The notes under the pieces: model-generated
Seen by the model: the letters and a program-made list of their open reading frames with translations, nothing else
Told to the model about the DNA's origin: nothing
The model's database searches: none
Made by a program: the position numbers and the translations under genes
Shown here: piece by piece, positions 11,628-22,014 of the stretch
Numbering within the stretch: the stretch's first letter is position 1
Layout of the letters: the number at the start of each line of letters is the position of its first letter
Assembly: GCA_902512325.1 (NCBI GenBank)
Contig: CABXIT010000002.1
Coordinates: forward strand, 5,009 to 69,008
DNA length: 64,000 nt
Direction: 5' to 3'
Origin: an uncultured Alphaproteobacteria bacterium
GTDB taxonomy: Bacteria > Pseudomonadota > Alphaproteobacteria > HIMB59 > GCA-002718135

Positions 11628-12857
11628 ATGTCATCAAAAATTTTAATGCCGGCTTTATCGCCTACCATGACTGAAGGTACAATAAATAAATGGTTAATAA
11701 AGATTGGTGATAATGTTAAAGCTGGAGATATTATTGCTGAAATAGAAACTGATAAAGCTACTATGGAAGTAGAGGCAGTTGATGAAGGTAAAATCACTCA
11801 TCTCCTTGAAGAAAATCCAAATAATCAAGTTCCTGTAAATAGTGTGATTGCTATCTTAGACGGTAAAGAGAGTGATTCTCTTGAAGATAATTCAAATACA
11901 AAAGATATCGTTAACGATGAAAAGGAATCGATAGATAACCAACCCTCTAAATTAAATGAAAAAAACGAGACTAAAAAAGATGTTGTTATTGATAAATCCA
12001 ATACTAAAATAAAAGCATCTCCTTTGGCAAAAAAAATTGCCAAGGATCAAATTATTGATCTGAATAAAATTAATGGATCAGGTCCAGATGGAAGAATTAT
12101 CAAAAGAGATATTGAGTCAAACACTACTTCTAATGCACAATCAGAGCAAAAAATTAATCAAGATTTTATTGTGCCTAGTATGATGCGTAAAGTAATAGCT
12201 AAACGAACAATAGAAGCAAAACAACAAATACCTCATTTTTATTTAACTATAGAGTCTAATGTAGATAAGTTAATTGATCTAAGAAAAAAAATTAATGATA
12301 ATAATTCTTTAAAGATTTCATTTAATGATCTTATTGTTAAAGCTTTAGGTATAGCAATGAAAAAAAACCCAAATACAAATGTATACTGGCAAGATAATAA
12401 AATTTATCAGTTGAAAGATATTGACGTATCAGTTGCTGTCGCAATTGATGAAGGTCTTATTACCCCAGTTATTAAAGCAGTTAATTCAAAAGGTCTTAAC
12501 GAAATATCACTTGAGATAAGGGAGTTAGCTAAGTTAGCCAAAACAAATTCTTTGGCTCCAAAGCAATATACTGGAGGATCTATAACAGTATCTAATTTAG
12601 GAATGTTTGGAATAAGTGAATTTGCCGCTATCATTAGTCCCCCACAAGCATCAATTTTAGCTGTTGGTAAAATTATTAAAAAACCTATTATATTAAATGA
12701 TTCTGTGAATATAGGTCATACCCTAAAATCTACTTTATCAGCTGATCATCGTGTTTTAGATGGTGCAGTTGCAGGTAAATTGCTAAAAGATTTTAATGAT
12801 ATCATTGAAGATCCATTTGAAATTTGGATGAATAGTAATGATATGGAAGTAATTTAA
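11628..12857 (+). CDS. pdhC: dihydrolipoamide acetyltransferase (E2 of pyruvate dehydrogenase complex)
   Basis: 409 aa with a lipoyl domain ([12 protein letters not shown]), a subunit-binding domain ([11 protein letters not shown]...GSGPDGRI) and a catalytic DHRVLDGA. Confidence 0.9.
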   Translation: MSSKILMPALSPTMTEGTINKWLIKIGDNVKAGDIIAEIETDKATMEVEAVDEGKITHLLEENPNNQVPVNSVIAILDGKESDSLEDNSNTKDIVNDEKESIDNQPSKLNEKNETKKDVVIDKSNTKIKASPLAKKIAKDQIIDLNKINGSGPDGRIIKRDIESNTTSNAQSEQKINQDFIVPSMMRKVIAKRTIEAKQQIPHFYLTIESNVDKLIDLRKKINDNNSLKISFNDLIVKALGIAMKKNPNTNVYWQDNKIYQLKDIDVSVAVAIDEGLITPVIKAVNSKGLNEISLEIRELAKLAKTNSLAPKQYTGGSITVSNLGMFGISEFAAIISPPQASILAVGKIIKKPIILNDSVNIGHTLKSTLSADHRVLDGAVAGKLLKDFNDIIEDPFEIWMNSNDMEVI

Positions 12858-12858
12858 A

Positions 12859-13785
12859 ATGAGTGAAGTAAGACATCCAGAGAAAATTTTTCGTGTTTCA
12901 AATCCTATTCCTAAGAAACCTCCTTGGATAAGAGTTAAGGCCCCAACATCAAAATTTTTTAAATCAACAGATAAAATTTTAAAAAATAAAAAAATAATCA
13001 CTGTTTGTGAAGAAGCTGCATGTCCAAATATTTCTGAATGCTGGCAAAAAAAGCATGCTACATTTATGATATTAGGAGACATTTGCACAAGAGCCTGTGC
13101 ATTTTGTAATATAAAAACTGGTAAGCCTGGTTTTATAGATAAAGATGAACCAAATAAAATAGCAGAAGCAGTATCTGAATTAGGTTTAGAACATGTTGTT
13201 GTTACGAGTGTTGATAGAGATGATTTACAAGATGGTGGAGCAGAACATTTTATAAATGTAATTTCCTCAATTAGAAAATTAAATTCTAATTGCACAGTAG
13301 AAGTTCTAACTCCTGATTTTCATAAAAAATCTAAAGCTCTAGATATTCTTTCAAACGAGTTACCAGATGTATTTAACCATAATTTAGAAACTGTTCCTAG
13401 GCTATATTTAAAAATTAGACCAGGATCCAGATATTTTGTGAGTCTAAAACTTTTATCAGATATTAAAAAACTTAATCCTAAGATATTTACAAAATCTGGA
13501 TTAATGGTGGGTTTGGGTGAAACTAAAGATGAAATTTATCAAGTAATGGACGATTTACGAGCAGCTGATGTTGATTTTATTACAATTGGTCAATATTTGC
13601 CACCAACTCCAAAACACGCGAAATTAGAAAAGTTTATTACTCCTAATGAATTTAATGAGTACAAGAAAATGGCTATAGCAAAAGGGTTCCTGATGGTTGC
13701 ATCATCACCTCTTACAAGATCAAGTTATCATGCTTCTGAAGATTTTAGAGTGATGCAAAAAAATAGAGACTCTAAAAATATTTAA
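12859..13785 (+). CDS. lipA: lipoyl synthase
   Basis: 308 aa with two Cys clusters, [13 protein letters not shown] and the radical-SAM CTRACAFC. Confidence 0.95.
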   Translation: MSEVRHPEKIFRVSNPIPKKPPWIRVKAPTSKFFKSTDKILKNKKIITVCEEAACPNISECWQKKHATFMILGDICTRACAFCNIKTGKPGFIDKDEPNKIAEAVSELGLEHVVVTSVDRDDLQDGGAEHFINVISSIRKLNSNCTVEVLTPDFHKKSKALDILSNELPDVFNHNLETVPRLYLKIRPGSRYFVSLKLLSDIKKLNPKIFTKSGLMVGLGETKDEIYQVMDDLRAADVDFITIGQYLPPTPKHAKLEKFITPNEFNEYKKMAIAKGFLMVASSPLTRSSYHASEDFRVMQKNRDSKNI

Positions 13786-14216
13786 TGAGAAATTCAAAAA
13801 GAGAGGAAGTAATTTCTCATTCAGCAACAAAAATTTTTAACATTGTCATAGATATAGAAAGTTATCCAGAATACATTCCTTGGTGTACTAGGATGGTGAT
13901 TAAGCAAAGAAAAAAAAATGAAATTTTTGCTGATATGTATGTAAAGTATAAATTCATTTTAACTCAAAAATTTGGATCTCATGTGAAATTTGATAGAAAT
14001 AATTTAATAATAGAGACTAGTTATATCGATGGCCCGCTTAAAGACCTTACTACCAAATGGAAATTTGAAGCAATTGATAAAACAAATTCAAAAATTTTTT
14101 TTGATGTAAATTTTGAATTTAAAAATTATCTTCATCAAAAAGTTGCAGAAACTTTCTACCCTTTAATTGAAAATAAGATGATAGATTCTTTTCGAAAAAG
14201 AGCAAATGATATTTAG
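13785..14216 (+). CDS. SRPBCC/START-fold protein (RatA / COQ10-like family)
   Basis: 143 aa. Size, the YPEYIPWC segment and the position right after lipA (1-nt overlap) match the family usually found there in alphaproteobacteria. No catalytic motif is available to confirm this. Confidence 0.55.
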   Translation: MRNSKREEVISHSATKIFNIVIDIESYPEYIPWCTRMVIKQRKKNEIFADMYVKYKFILTQKFGSHVKFDRNNLIIETSYIDGPLKDLTTKWKFEAIDKTNSKIFFDVNFEFKNYLHQKVAETFYPLIENKMIDSFRKRANDI

Positions 14217-14677
14217 ATTGAATTTGATAAGTATTTAAAAATTGAATTCACACATTTTTTTTGTATTTCTATTCTAGATCCTTTAAAATTTTTTTTTAAA
14301 ACTTCTATTTTCCCATTTACTTGTATTCCAATGTATACCAAACCTACGGGTTTGTTTTTACTTCCACCCCCAGGACCTGCTATCCCGGTTGTAGAAATGC
14401 AAATATTAGTTCTAGTTTTAAAAAATAATCCCTTTACCATTTCTTTAGCTGTTTCTTTACTGACTGCGCCATAATTTTTTAAAGTTGTTTTTTTTACATT
14501 AAGATCCTTAACTTTTAGATCATTAGAATAGGTTATGTATCCCCCTTTATATACTTTTGATGAATCTTTATTTTTAGTAATATTATAAGCTAAAAGTCCT
14601 CCAGTACATGACTCAGTAGTTGAAATTGTAATATTGTCTTTAATTAATTTACTTATTATTTTTTTATATAAATGCAT
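14213..14677 (-). CDS. CinA C-terminal domain protein / nicotinamide-nucleotide amidohydrolase (PncC-like)
   Basis: 154 aa with TESCTGGLL and TGIAGPGGG motifs typical of the CinA/PncC domain. Confidence 0.8.
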   Translation of the reverse strand: MHLYKKIISKLIKDNITISTTESCTGGLLAYNITKNKDSSKVYKGGYITYSNDLKVKDLNVKKTTLKNYGAVSKETAKEMVKGLFFKTRTNICISTTGIAGPGGGSKNKPVGLVYIGIQVNGKIEVLKKNFKGSRIEIQKKCVNSIFKYLSNSI

Positions 14678-15137
14678 TTAAAATTATCAATGTTAGGACT
14701 GTATATAAGCCTGCAATAATATCATCAAGAATTACACCATAGCCATTTTTATAGTGTTTATCAAAATAGTTAGCTGGAAAAATTTTTATGATATCAAAAA
14801 ATCTAAATATAAAAAAAATTAATATATAAGTGACTGTGTCATTATATAAAAATATTAAATCATAAAATAAAAATATTGTAAAAACACCAAGGAATTCATC
14901 TATAACAATATGTTTTGAATCTTCGGAGTTAGTGAAAGCAGAAAAATAATTTATTAAATAGTTTGAAATAAAAAATAATGAAATAAATATTATTGTTAAA
15001 ATTGTTAAAGACAATGCTAAAACATTAAATAAAATATACATTATTAATAAAGACAATAAGCTGCCCCAAGTACCTGAGGCAAATTTAATATATCCTACAA
15101 AAAAAATTGATACAAAAAGTTTAGTAAAGTTTTTCAT
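14664..15137 (-). CDS. pgpA: phosphatidylglycerophosphatase A
   Basis: 157 aa and polytopic, with GTWGSL near the N-terminus and DDIIAG near the C-terminus. Confidence 0.78.
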   Translation of the reverse strand: MKNFTKLFVSIFFVGYIKFASGTWGSLLSLLIMYILFNVLALSLTILTIIFISLFFISNYLINYFSAFTNSEDSKHIVIDEFLGVFTIFLFYDLIFLYNDTVTYILIFFIFRFFDIIKIFPANYFDKHYKNGYGVILDDIIAGLYTVLTLIILNAFI

Positions 15138-16260
15138 TTGTAATTTGTACTATTGATTCTGCAGCAATTCCATGTCCATCACCTATAAAACCTATTTTTT
15201 CATTTGATGTAGCTTTAATTGAAATAATCTTTTCAGGAATTTTAAGTATATCAGATATTTTTGATATCATTTTTTTTCTATATTTATTTATATTAGGTTT
15301 TTCACAAATAAAATTAATATCTAAATTAGCTATAAAAAATTTTTTTTCTTTAAGTTTAATTTTGGCAAATTTTAAAAAGTGTTCAGAATTTTTATTTTTC
15401 CATTTTATATCTTTGTTAGGAAAATAATAACCTATATCTTTCATTGATAATGCTCCAAATATACTATCACAAATTGCGTGAATGCCTACATCAGCATCCG
15501 AATGCCCAATTAATTTATTAAAATCAATTTTTACACCACATAATTTTAAGCCTTTTTTAGTATTAGTATCAATTCGATGAATATCGTAACCGATACCAGA
15601 TTTATATATTGGTTTTAAAAAAATTTTAAAGTAATTTAAATCTTCTGGATATGTTATTTTTATATTTAATTTTTCACCTTTAATAAAATTTAACTGTTCT
15701 TGAGAAATTAATTCTGAATCGTCTTTTGCATTGCTTATTTTAGAATTAGCATGAGATTTAAAAATTGTTTTGAAATTAAAGCCTTGAGGAGTTTGTATTA
15801 ATTTTAAATTTTTGTTAAATTCTTTTTTTAAAATTACTTTTCTATCAGGACTTATAACATAAGGTATAGCTGAATAGTTTTTATCAAGTTGCTTTAATAT
15901 TTTTGTTATTAATTTATTAGAACAAAAAGGTCTTGCAGCATCGTGAATTAAAATATTTTTAGGTTTGTATTTATTTAATTTTTTTATAGCGTTTAAGGAT
16001 GATAATTGTCTACTTTTGCCAGGCTCAGTATATATAAATTTTATTAAAGGGAAATTGTATTTTAGATTTTTAATATATTTTTGATGGTTTTTTTTAACCA
16101 CTATTAATATTAAATCAAAATTATTTGTATCTATACGGCTTAAAAAAAATTCTATTAGATTTTTTCCATTAATTTCATTAAATTGTTTAGGTATTTTTTT
16201 GTTAAACCTCCTACCAATTCCGCCTGCAAGGATAACGAGTGCATTTTTTGTTTTTTTCAT
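15121..16260 (-). CDS. ispDF: bifunctional 2-C-methyl-D-erythritol 4-phosphate cytidylyltransferase / MEcPP synthase
   Basis: 379 aa with an N-terminal IspD part (LAGGIGRRF) and a C-terminal IspF part (GIGYDIHR, GHSDADV). Confidence 0.92.
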   Translation of the reverse strand: MKKTKNALVILAGGIGRRFNKKIPKQFNEINGKNLIEFFLSRIDTNNFDLILIVVKKNHQKYIKNLKYNFPLIKFIYTEPGKSRQLSSLNAIKKLNKYKPKNILIHDAARPFCSNKLITKILKQLDKNYSAIPYVISPDRKVILKKEFNKNLKLIQTPQGFNFKTIFKSHANSKISNAKDDSELISQEQLNFIKGEKLNIKITYPEDLNYFKIFLKPIYKSGIGYDIHRIDTNTKKGLKLCGVKIDFNKLIGHSDADVGIHAICDSIFGALSMKDIGYYFPNKDIKWKNKNSEHFLKFAKIKLKEKKFFIANLDINFICEKPNINKYRKKMISKISDILKIPEKIISIKATSNEKIGFIGDGHGIAAESIVQITNEKLY

Positions 16261-16321
16261 TTATAGGATGTTTATATATTAGTTTATTATAGAATTAAAA
16301 ATATAAATAAAGCCTACCGCG

Positions 16322-18469
16322 ATGATTAGTTTAACTAAAATATTAAATAGATTATATCTTACTAAATTTTCATTTTATCTATTGTTAGGATTAATTCTTA
16401 TTAGTTTTTCAATTACTTTTTATTTAATGCTTCCAAATAATAATCTAGTTAAGAATCCTCTCCATTTACAATATTTTCTAATGGCAGATGTATTTTTTGT
16501 TATTTTACTATTAGCCCTTATAATTAGACAGCTGATTTTAATTATAATTTATAGAAGAAATCAAAAAGATGAGTCTAAATTATATATAAAATTTGTTAAT
16601 TTATTTACTGCAATGGCTGTTGGACCTTCTATTGGTTTAGTAGTAATTACATCTCTTTTTTTTAATTTAGAGTTCAGAACATGGTACGGTGGCGCCGTTA
16701 GAGATGTAGTAGTTAACTCCAATATAGTTGCAAGAGACTATGAAAACGAGATACAAGCTGAAATAATTTCTGATACTCAATTGATTATGAGAGAAATCGT
16801 AAAAGTTTCAAGAAACAATGAAGTGAATATAAACTCTATTAATCAAGGGTTAAGTGAATTTATAAACTTAAGAACAATATCAAATATTTACCTATTTAAT
16901 AAAACTGGTGAAATTTATTTAAATTTTAAAGATCAAGAAAATAAGAATTTTTTATTACCATCTGATAATATTTTCCAAATATTAGATCAAAACAGAGTGT
17001 ATATTTTTCAATTAAATAAAAATTCTATTTCTGCATATAAAAAAATTAATTTCTTAGGAGATATTTTTATGCAAGTTAACAGAGAACTTAATACTAATAT
17101 ATGGGAGCATGTATCAGCAACAAAAGATGCATACAAAATTTACACAGCTAAAGAAAATGAAAGTGCTGGAATTCAAATAACCTACTCAATGATATTTGTA
17201 TTATTTTCAATTGGTTTTATTTTAATTGCAGTTTTGATTGGTTTTAATTTAGCAAGAAGACTTTCAAAACCAATATCTAATCTAATTGAATCAGCAAATC
17301 AAATTTCTAAAGGCAATTTTGATGCAAAAGTTTCTGAAATTGATCAGTTTGAGGAAATAAAAGTTTTAATTTCTTCCTATAATAAAATGATAGGTGAAAT
17401 TGAAAATAAACAAAATCAGCTCATTTCAAAAAGTAACGAGGATGAAGAAAAAAGGTTATTTATTGAGGCTATTTTAAGTTTGCTTACTATTGGAGTAGTT
17501 TCATTAGATAGTAATTTTAATATTATATTTTTTAATCAAACAACCAACACTCTTTTTAAAGATACAAAAAAACTTCAGAATAATAATAATTTTTTATTAA
17601 CTTTTCCTGATTGGAAAATTATTTTTGATAATTTTAAAAAATCAAAAAAGATTCTTGAAAACTTTCAAACAGAATTACTTATCAAAGATGATCTTAGAAA
17701 TTTTAATGTTAGAATTATTAAAGAATTTAAAGATGATGTAATTAATGGATATATTATAGCAATTGATGATACTACTTCATTTATTTTAGCTGAAAAACAT
17801 GCAGCTTGGTCAGATATTGCTAGAAAGATAGCGCACGAAGTAAAAAACCCATTAACACCTATAAAATTATCCGCTGAAAGAATAGAAAAAAAATATATTA
17901 ATAAAGAATTTGAAAACGATGATATTAAAACACTAACAAGGACTATTTCAAGACAGGTTGATGACATAGGAAAACTAATTGATGAATTTTCTTCTTTTGC
18001 AAGAATGCCTGAGCCAGAAATTAAATTTGATAATTTATCTAAATGTTTGTATGAGTCTTTCTTGTTGTTTTCTAATTCACATAAAAACATTAAAATTAAT
18101 ATCAATAAAGATTCGCAAGATAATTATTATCAGTTTGACAAATTTCAAATGTCTCAATGTTTTAATAATCTTATTAAAAATGCAGTTGAAGCAGTTGAAA
18201 AGATACCTAATCCTTCAATATTTATTAATTTAATATCTGAAAAAAATAAAATTATTATTGAAATAATTGATAATGGAATAGGAATTTCTCAAGAAATGCT
18301 AAATAAAATATTTGAGCCATATTTTACTACAAAAAATAAGGGAACGGGTCTAGGTCTTTCAATAGTAAAAAAAATTATTGAAGATCATAATGGAAAAATT
18401 AGAATAGAAAAAAATAAGCAGATGGCAGGAACAACAAGTTCAATTATATTTGAAAATATAAATGCATAA
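16322..18469 (+). CDS. ntrY: NtrY-like sensor histidine kinase
   Basis: 715 aa with N-terminal TM segments, a HAMP-like linker, the H-box AHEVKNPLTPI and an ATPase domain with G-box GTGLGLSIV. It is followed by ntrX with an 8-nt overlap. Confidence 0.8.
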   Translation: MISLTKILNRLYLTKFSFYLLLGLILISFSITFYLMLPNNNLVKNPLHLQYFLMADVFFVILLLALIIRQLILIIIYRRNQKDESKLYIKFVNLFTAMAVGPSIGLVVITSLFFNLEFRTWYGGAVRDVVVNSNIVARDYENEIQAEIISDTQLIMREIVKVSRNNEVNINSINQGLSEFINLRTISNIYLFNKTGEIYLNFKDQENKNFLLPSDNIFQILDQNRVYIFQLNKNSISAYKKINFLGDIFMQVNRELNTNIWEHVSATKDAYKIYTAKENESAGIQITYSMIFVLFSIGFILIAVLIGFNLARRLSKPISNLIESANQISKGNFDAKVSEIDQFEEIKVLISSYNKMIGEIENKQNQLISKSNEDEEKRLFIEAILSLLTIGVVSLDSNFNIIFFNQTTNTLFKDTKKLQNNNNFLLTFPDWKIIFDNFKKSKKILENFQTELLIKDDLRNFNVRIIKEFKDDVINGYIIAIDDTTSFILAEKHAAWSDIARKIAHEVKNPLTPIKLSAERIEKKYINKEFENDDIKTLTRTISRQVDDIGKLIDEFSSFARMPEPEIKFDNLSKCLYESFLLFSNSHKNIKININKDSQDNYYQFDKFQMSQCFNNLIKNAVEAVEKIPNPSIFINLISEKNKIIIEIIDNGIGISQEMLNKIFEPYFTTKNKGTGLGLSIVKKIIEDHNGKIRIEKNKQMAGTTSSIIFENINA

Positions 18470-19796
18470 AGTTTTAATAATTGATGATGAGAAGGATATT
18501 TGTTTTTTAATATCTGAAATTTTAAAAGATGAAAATTATCTTACTTATTCTGCAATTAATTCTAGTGAGGCTATTGCACATTTTAACAAATATAACCCCG
18601 ATTTAGTGATTCTTGATGTCTGGCTGTCTAATAGCAAACTAGACGGTATTGAAATTTTAAAAGAATTCAAAAAAATAAGTAACAATGTGCCTGTAATTAT
18701 TATTAGTGGACATGGTACAGTGGATCTAGCTGTGAGTTCAATTAAAAATGGTGCCTATGATTTTTTAGAAAAACCCTTCAATAGTGACAAATTATTAATT
18801 TTAGCAAAAAGAGCTATTGAAAGTTCCAGGCTTTTAGATGAAAATAAAAACTTAAAAGAATTAGTATCTCCAGATATCAATTTAGTTGGTAATTCAAATT
18901 TTATTAATCAAACTAAAAAAAATATTGTTAACTTTTCAAAATCAAACTCACGTCTTCTAATTGAGGGACAATTTGGTGTTGGAAAAAAATTAATAGCCAA
19001 TCAAATTCATCAAAATTCAAAATATAAAGATAAAATTCCTATTAATATTGATTTTGCTACTTTGAATGAAAATAATCTTGAAGTTCTTTTCTCTGAAGAT
19101 ATTAAAAATTTTAATGATAATCTTTTTATTCGATCAAATATGAATACTTTGATATTATCAAATATTGATCAAATACCTCTTAATTTTCAAAAGCAATTTT
19201 TATTTTTTATTGAAAATTCAGATTTTTTTAAATCTTCAAATATTACTTTAGATCATAAAATTATAACAATTTCTGAAAAAAATTTAGAAGTAGAGATAGA
19301 AAACGGCAATTTTTTATCTAGATTGTATGAGCGCATAAAAGTAGATCATTTAAAGTGTCCAAATTTATCTGAACGAGTTTCTGATATTTTACCTATTTTA
19401 AATTATTATATATTAAAATTTAATTCTAGAAACATTGAATTAACCTTTTCTAAATCAGCAATTTCTAAATTAGAAATTTTTGATTGGCCTGGAAATGTTG
19501 CACAACTAGTAAACTATGTTGAAAAAACTGTTATCCTCAACCAGACCGCGACCAATGATTTAATACTTGATGTTGATAATATAGCTCTTGAAATGGGAGA
19601 TTACAACAAAGATCAAACCACTTCAAATAATTATGATTTATCCTTAAAAGAGGCACGAATGGAGTTTGAAAAAGAATATTTGATATCGCAAATAAAGAGG
19701 TTTAGTGGTAATATATCAAAAGTATCAGAATTTACTGGTATGGAAAGAACTGCCCTTTATCGAAAACTTAAATCATTAAATATTTCAGTTAAATAA
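18462..19796 (+). CDS. ntrX: NtrX-like response regulator (receiver + degenerate AAA+ + HTH)
   Basis: 444 aa with a receiver domain (IIDDE...DLVILDVWL), an AAA+-like centre (GQFGVGKK, WPGNVAQL) and a C-terminal Fis-type HTH (GNISKVSEFTGMERTALYRKLK). Confidence 0.75.
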   Translation: MHKVLIIDDEKDICFLISEILKDENYLTYSAINSSEAIAHFNKYNPDLVILDVWLSNSKLDGIEILKEFKKISNNVPVIIISGHGTVDLAVSSIKNGAYDFLEKPFNSDKLLILAKRAIESSRLLDENKNLKELVSPDINLVGNSNFINQTKKNIVNFSKSNSRLLIEGQFGVGKKLIANQIHQNSKYKDKIPINIDFATLNENNLEVLFSEDIKNFNDNLFIRSNMNTLILSNIDQIPLNFQKQFLFFIENSDFFKSSNITLDHKIITISEKNLEVEIENGNFLSRLYERIKVDHLKCPNLSERVSDILPILNYYILKFNSRNIELTFSKSAISKLEIFDWPGNVAQLVNYVEKTVILNQTATNDLILDVDNIALEMGDYNKDQTTSNNYDLSLKEARMEFEKEYLISQIKRFSGNISKVSEFTGMERTALYRKLKSLNISVK

Positions 19797-19801
19797 TTAA
19801 A

Positions 19802-21166
19802 ATGAAAACAATAATTTGTGGATCTGGTGATGTTGGATATAGTATAGCGGATAAATTATCAAAAGAAAATTTCGAAGTAACCGTTGTTGATGAACCATCT
19901 AAAAAACTAAATAAAATATCAGAAAACTTAGATGTAAAAGTGGTCACAGGTATTCCTAGCCTACCTTCTGTTTTATTAGATGCTGGTGCAAAAGATTGTG
20001 AAATTTTAATTGCTGTAACAAAAAGTGATGAAACAAATATGATTGCATGTCAAATTGGTCATTCGTTATTCAAAATACCAAAAAAAATTGCAAGAATTAG
20101 ACAGCAAGATTATTTAAAAGGTGAGTGGCAAAATTTGTATACAAAAAATGATTTACCCATTGATGCTATAATTTCGCCTGAACAAGAAGTTGCAGGAGCT
20201 TTTCATAGAAGAATTATTTCCCCCGGAACTATTGATATGGTTGAGCTATCAGAAAAGCAATTAAAATTAATTGGATTCAAATGTGACCATAATTGTAGTC
20301 ATATAGGGCTCACAGTTAGAGAGCTATCTAATAAATTTCCTAATTACTTAGCTAACATTCTATTTATTTTTAGAGGAGATAAAAAATTTATAGTTAATTC
20401 ATCAACAAAAATTGAAAATAATGACTTAATTTATATGGTTGTAGAAACACAAAACTTGAAAGATGTACTAAAAGAATTTGGTCATAAAGAATTGCAAGCA
20501 CAAAAAATTGTTATTATTGGAGGAGGAAATATAGGTTTCTCTCTGGCTGAGTTGATAGAAAAAGATGATAACGGTATTTCAACTGAGTTAATTGAGCTAG
20601 ATAAAGAAAGGGCACAATATTTAGCATCAAACCTTAACAATGTTACAGTTACTAATGGTGATGGTTTAGATAATCAAATCTTAGATGAGGTCAATATAGC
20701 TGAAGCTGGTTACTGTCTTGCTGTAACAGAAGATGATGAAGTAAATGTTTTGGCTTCATTACTAGCAAAAAGAGCAGGTACAAATCAGTGTATGGCTTTA
20801 ATTAATAATAGCTCATATACCTCATTATTATCAAATATAGGTATAGATATTACGATTGACCCAAAACTTATTACTATTTCTAAAATATTAGAAAAAGTAA
20901 GAGTTGGCGGAATTATGAATGATTATTCAATAGGTGATGGATTTGGTGAAGTAATTGAAGCTATGATAAAAAAACAATCACCACTATGTAATAAAAATTT
21001 AAAAGATTTAAATTTACCCAAAGGTATTAGAATTGCTTCTATTCTTAGAGATAGCAAAATAATTATACCTAATAGTTCAACTGATTTTAAAGAAAATGAT
21101 GATGTTGTATTTTTTGCAGAAACTCAGGACATAAATAGATTGGAAAAACTTCTCTCTACTAATTAG
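19802..21166 (+). CDS. trkA: Trk potassium uptake system protein TrkA
   Basis: 454 aa with two tandem RCK/NAD-binding modules (ICGSGDVGYSIA and IIGGGNIGFSLA). It sits in the conserved slot after ntrYX. Confidence 0.88.
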   Translation: MKTIICGSGDVGYSIADKLSKENFEVTVVDEPSKKLNKISENLDVKVVTGIPSLPSVLLDAGAKDCEILIAVTKSDETNMIACQIGHSLFKIPKKIARIRQQDYLKGEWQNLYTKNDLPIDAIISPEQEVAGAFHRRIISPGTIDMVELSEKQLKLIGFKCDHNCSHIGLTVRELSNKFPNYLANILFIFRGDKKFIVNSSTKIENNDLIYMVVETQNLKDVLKEFGHKELQAQKIVIIGGGNIGFSLAELIEKDDNGISTELIELDKERAQYLASNLNNVTVTNGDGLDNQILDEVNIAEAGYCLAVTEDDEVNVLASLLAKRAGTNQCMALINNSSYTSLLSNIGIDITIDPKLITISKILEKVRVGGIMNDYSIGDGFGEVIEAMIKKQSPLCNKNLKDLNLPKGIRIASILRDSKIIIPNSSTDFKENDDVVFFAETQDINRLEKLLSTN

Positions 21167-21169
21167 TTT

Positions 21170-22009
21170 ATGCCAAATTTTGTATATCTGAATAATAAAT
21201 ATGTAAATTTTAAAGATGCTAAAATACATATTGAAGACAGAGGCTTTCAATTTTCTGATAGTGTCTATGAAGTAATTAAGGTTTTAAATAATAAAATAAT
21301 AGACCTTGATTTTCATATTAGGAGATTAAAATATTCTACCAAAGAACTTAATTTTAATATTAGAATAAATAAAAATTTATTAACTGAAATTTTTATTAGT
21401 ATAGTTAAAAAAAATAAATTATCAAACGGAATAATTTATCTACAAATAACAAGAGGATTGCAGTCTCGTGAACATGCATATAAAAAAAATCTTAAACCAA
21501 ATATAATTATATATACTGCTAAGAAAAAATTTAATTTACCAAATAAAAATTACAAAGGATATAAAGCAATAACATACCCAGATATTAGATGGGGTAGACC
21601 AGATATCAAAACAACTTCATTGCTGGCAAATATTCTAGCAGCTACAGAGGCCAGTAAAAAAGGTGCTTATGAGACTATATTTTTTAAGGGTAAAAAAATT
21701 ACTGAAGCAGCTCATTCAAATGTTTGGATTATAAAAAATCATAAAATAATAACTCATCCGGCAAATAGAGAGATTCTTAAAGGTGTCACTAGAACCGTTC
21801 TTATAAATGTAATCAAAACTCAGGGGTTAAAATTAATTGAAAAAGAATTCTCATTAAATGAACTATTTAAATCAGATGAGGTTTTTATAACAAGTTCTGG
21901 CAGTCTTGTAACGCCGATTACTCAAGTTGATAAGACTAAAATAAATAAAGGTAAAATTGGATCAATCACCAAGGCTCTTGCTTTAACTTTCTATAAGTCT
22001 ATTACTTAA
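21170..22009 (+). CDS. class IV PLP aminotransferase, D-amino-acid transaminase-like
   Basis: 279 aa. EDRGFQFSDSVYEVIKV resembles the D-alanine aminotransferase N-terminus. Substrate specificity cannot be fixed from the sequence alone. Confidence 0.65.
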   Translation: MPNFVYLNNKYVNFKDAKIHIEDRGFQFSDSVYEVIKVLNNKIIDLDFHIRRLKYSTKELNFNIRINKNLLTEIFISIVKKNKLSNGIIYLQITRGLQSREHAYKKNLKPNIIIYTAKKKFNLPNKNYKGYKAITYPDIRWGRPDIKTTSLLANILAATEASKKGAYETIFFKGKKITEAAHSNVWIIKNHKIITHPANREILKGVTRTVLINVIKTQGLKLIEKEFSLNELFKSDEVFITSSGSLVTPITQVDKTKINKGKIGSITKALALTFYKSIT

Positions 22010-22014
22010 TACTT

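Noticed and set aside
12783-13295. 170-aa minus-strand ORF antisense to the pdhC end and lipA start
   Set aside because: It lies entirely antisense to two strongly supported genes, has a low-complexity S/L/I/F-rich translation and has no motif. Long antisense frames are a common by-product of codon structure.
17665-18105. 146-aa minus-strand ORF inside ntrY, and the similar antisense or alternate-frame ORFs at 2922-3161, 4868-5113, 7371-7661, 9704-10173, 10274-10766, 11054-11254, 11615-12043, 12407-12634, 17979-18233, 24612-24845, 29977-30660, 31107-31316, 32075-32257, 33534-33788, 38392-38589, 38886-39101, 42185-42391, 42830-43024, 46317-46541, 53140-53340, 54224-54478, 58543-58770, 60100-60309, 61994-62242 and 63017-63247
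   Set aside because: All are nested within or antisense to well-supported genes. They lack motifs and show repetitive hydrophobic or low-complexity translations, so they were treated as spurious.
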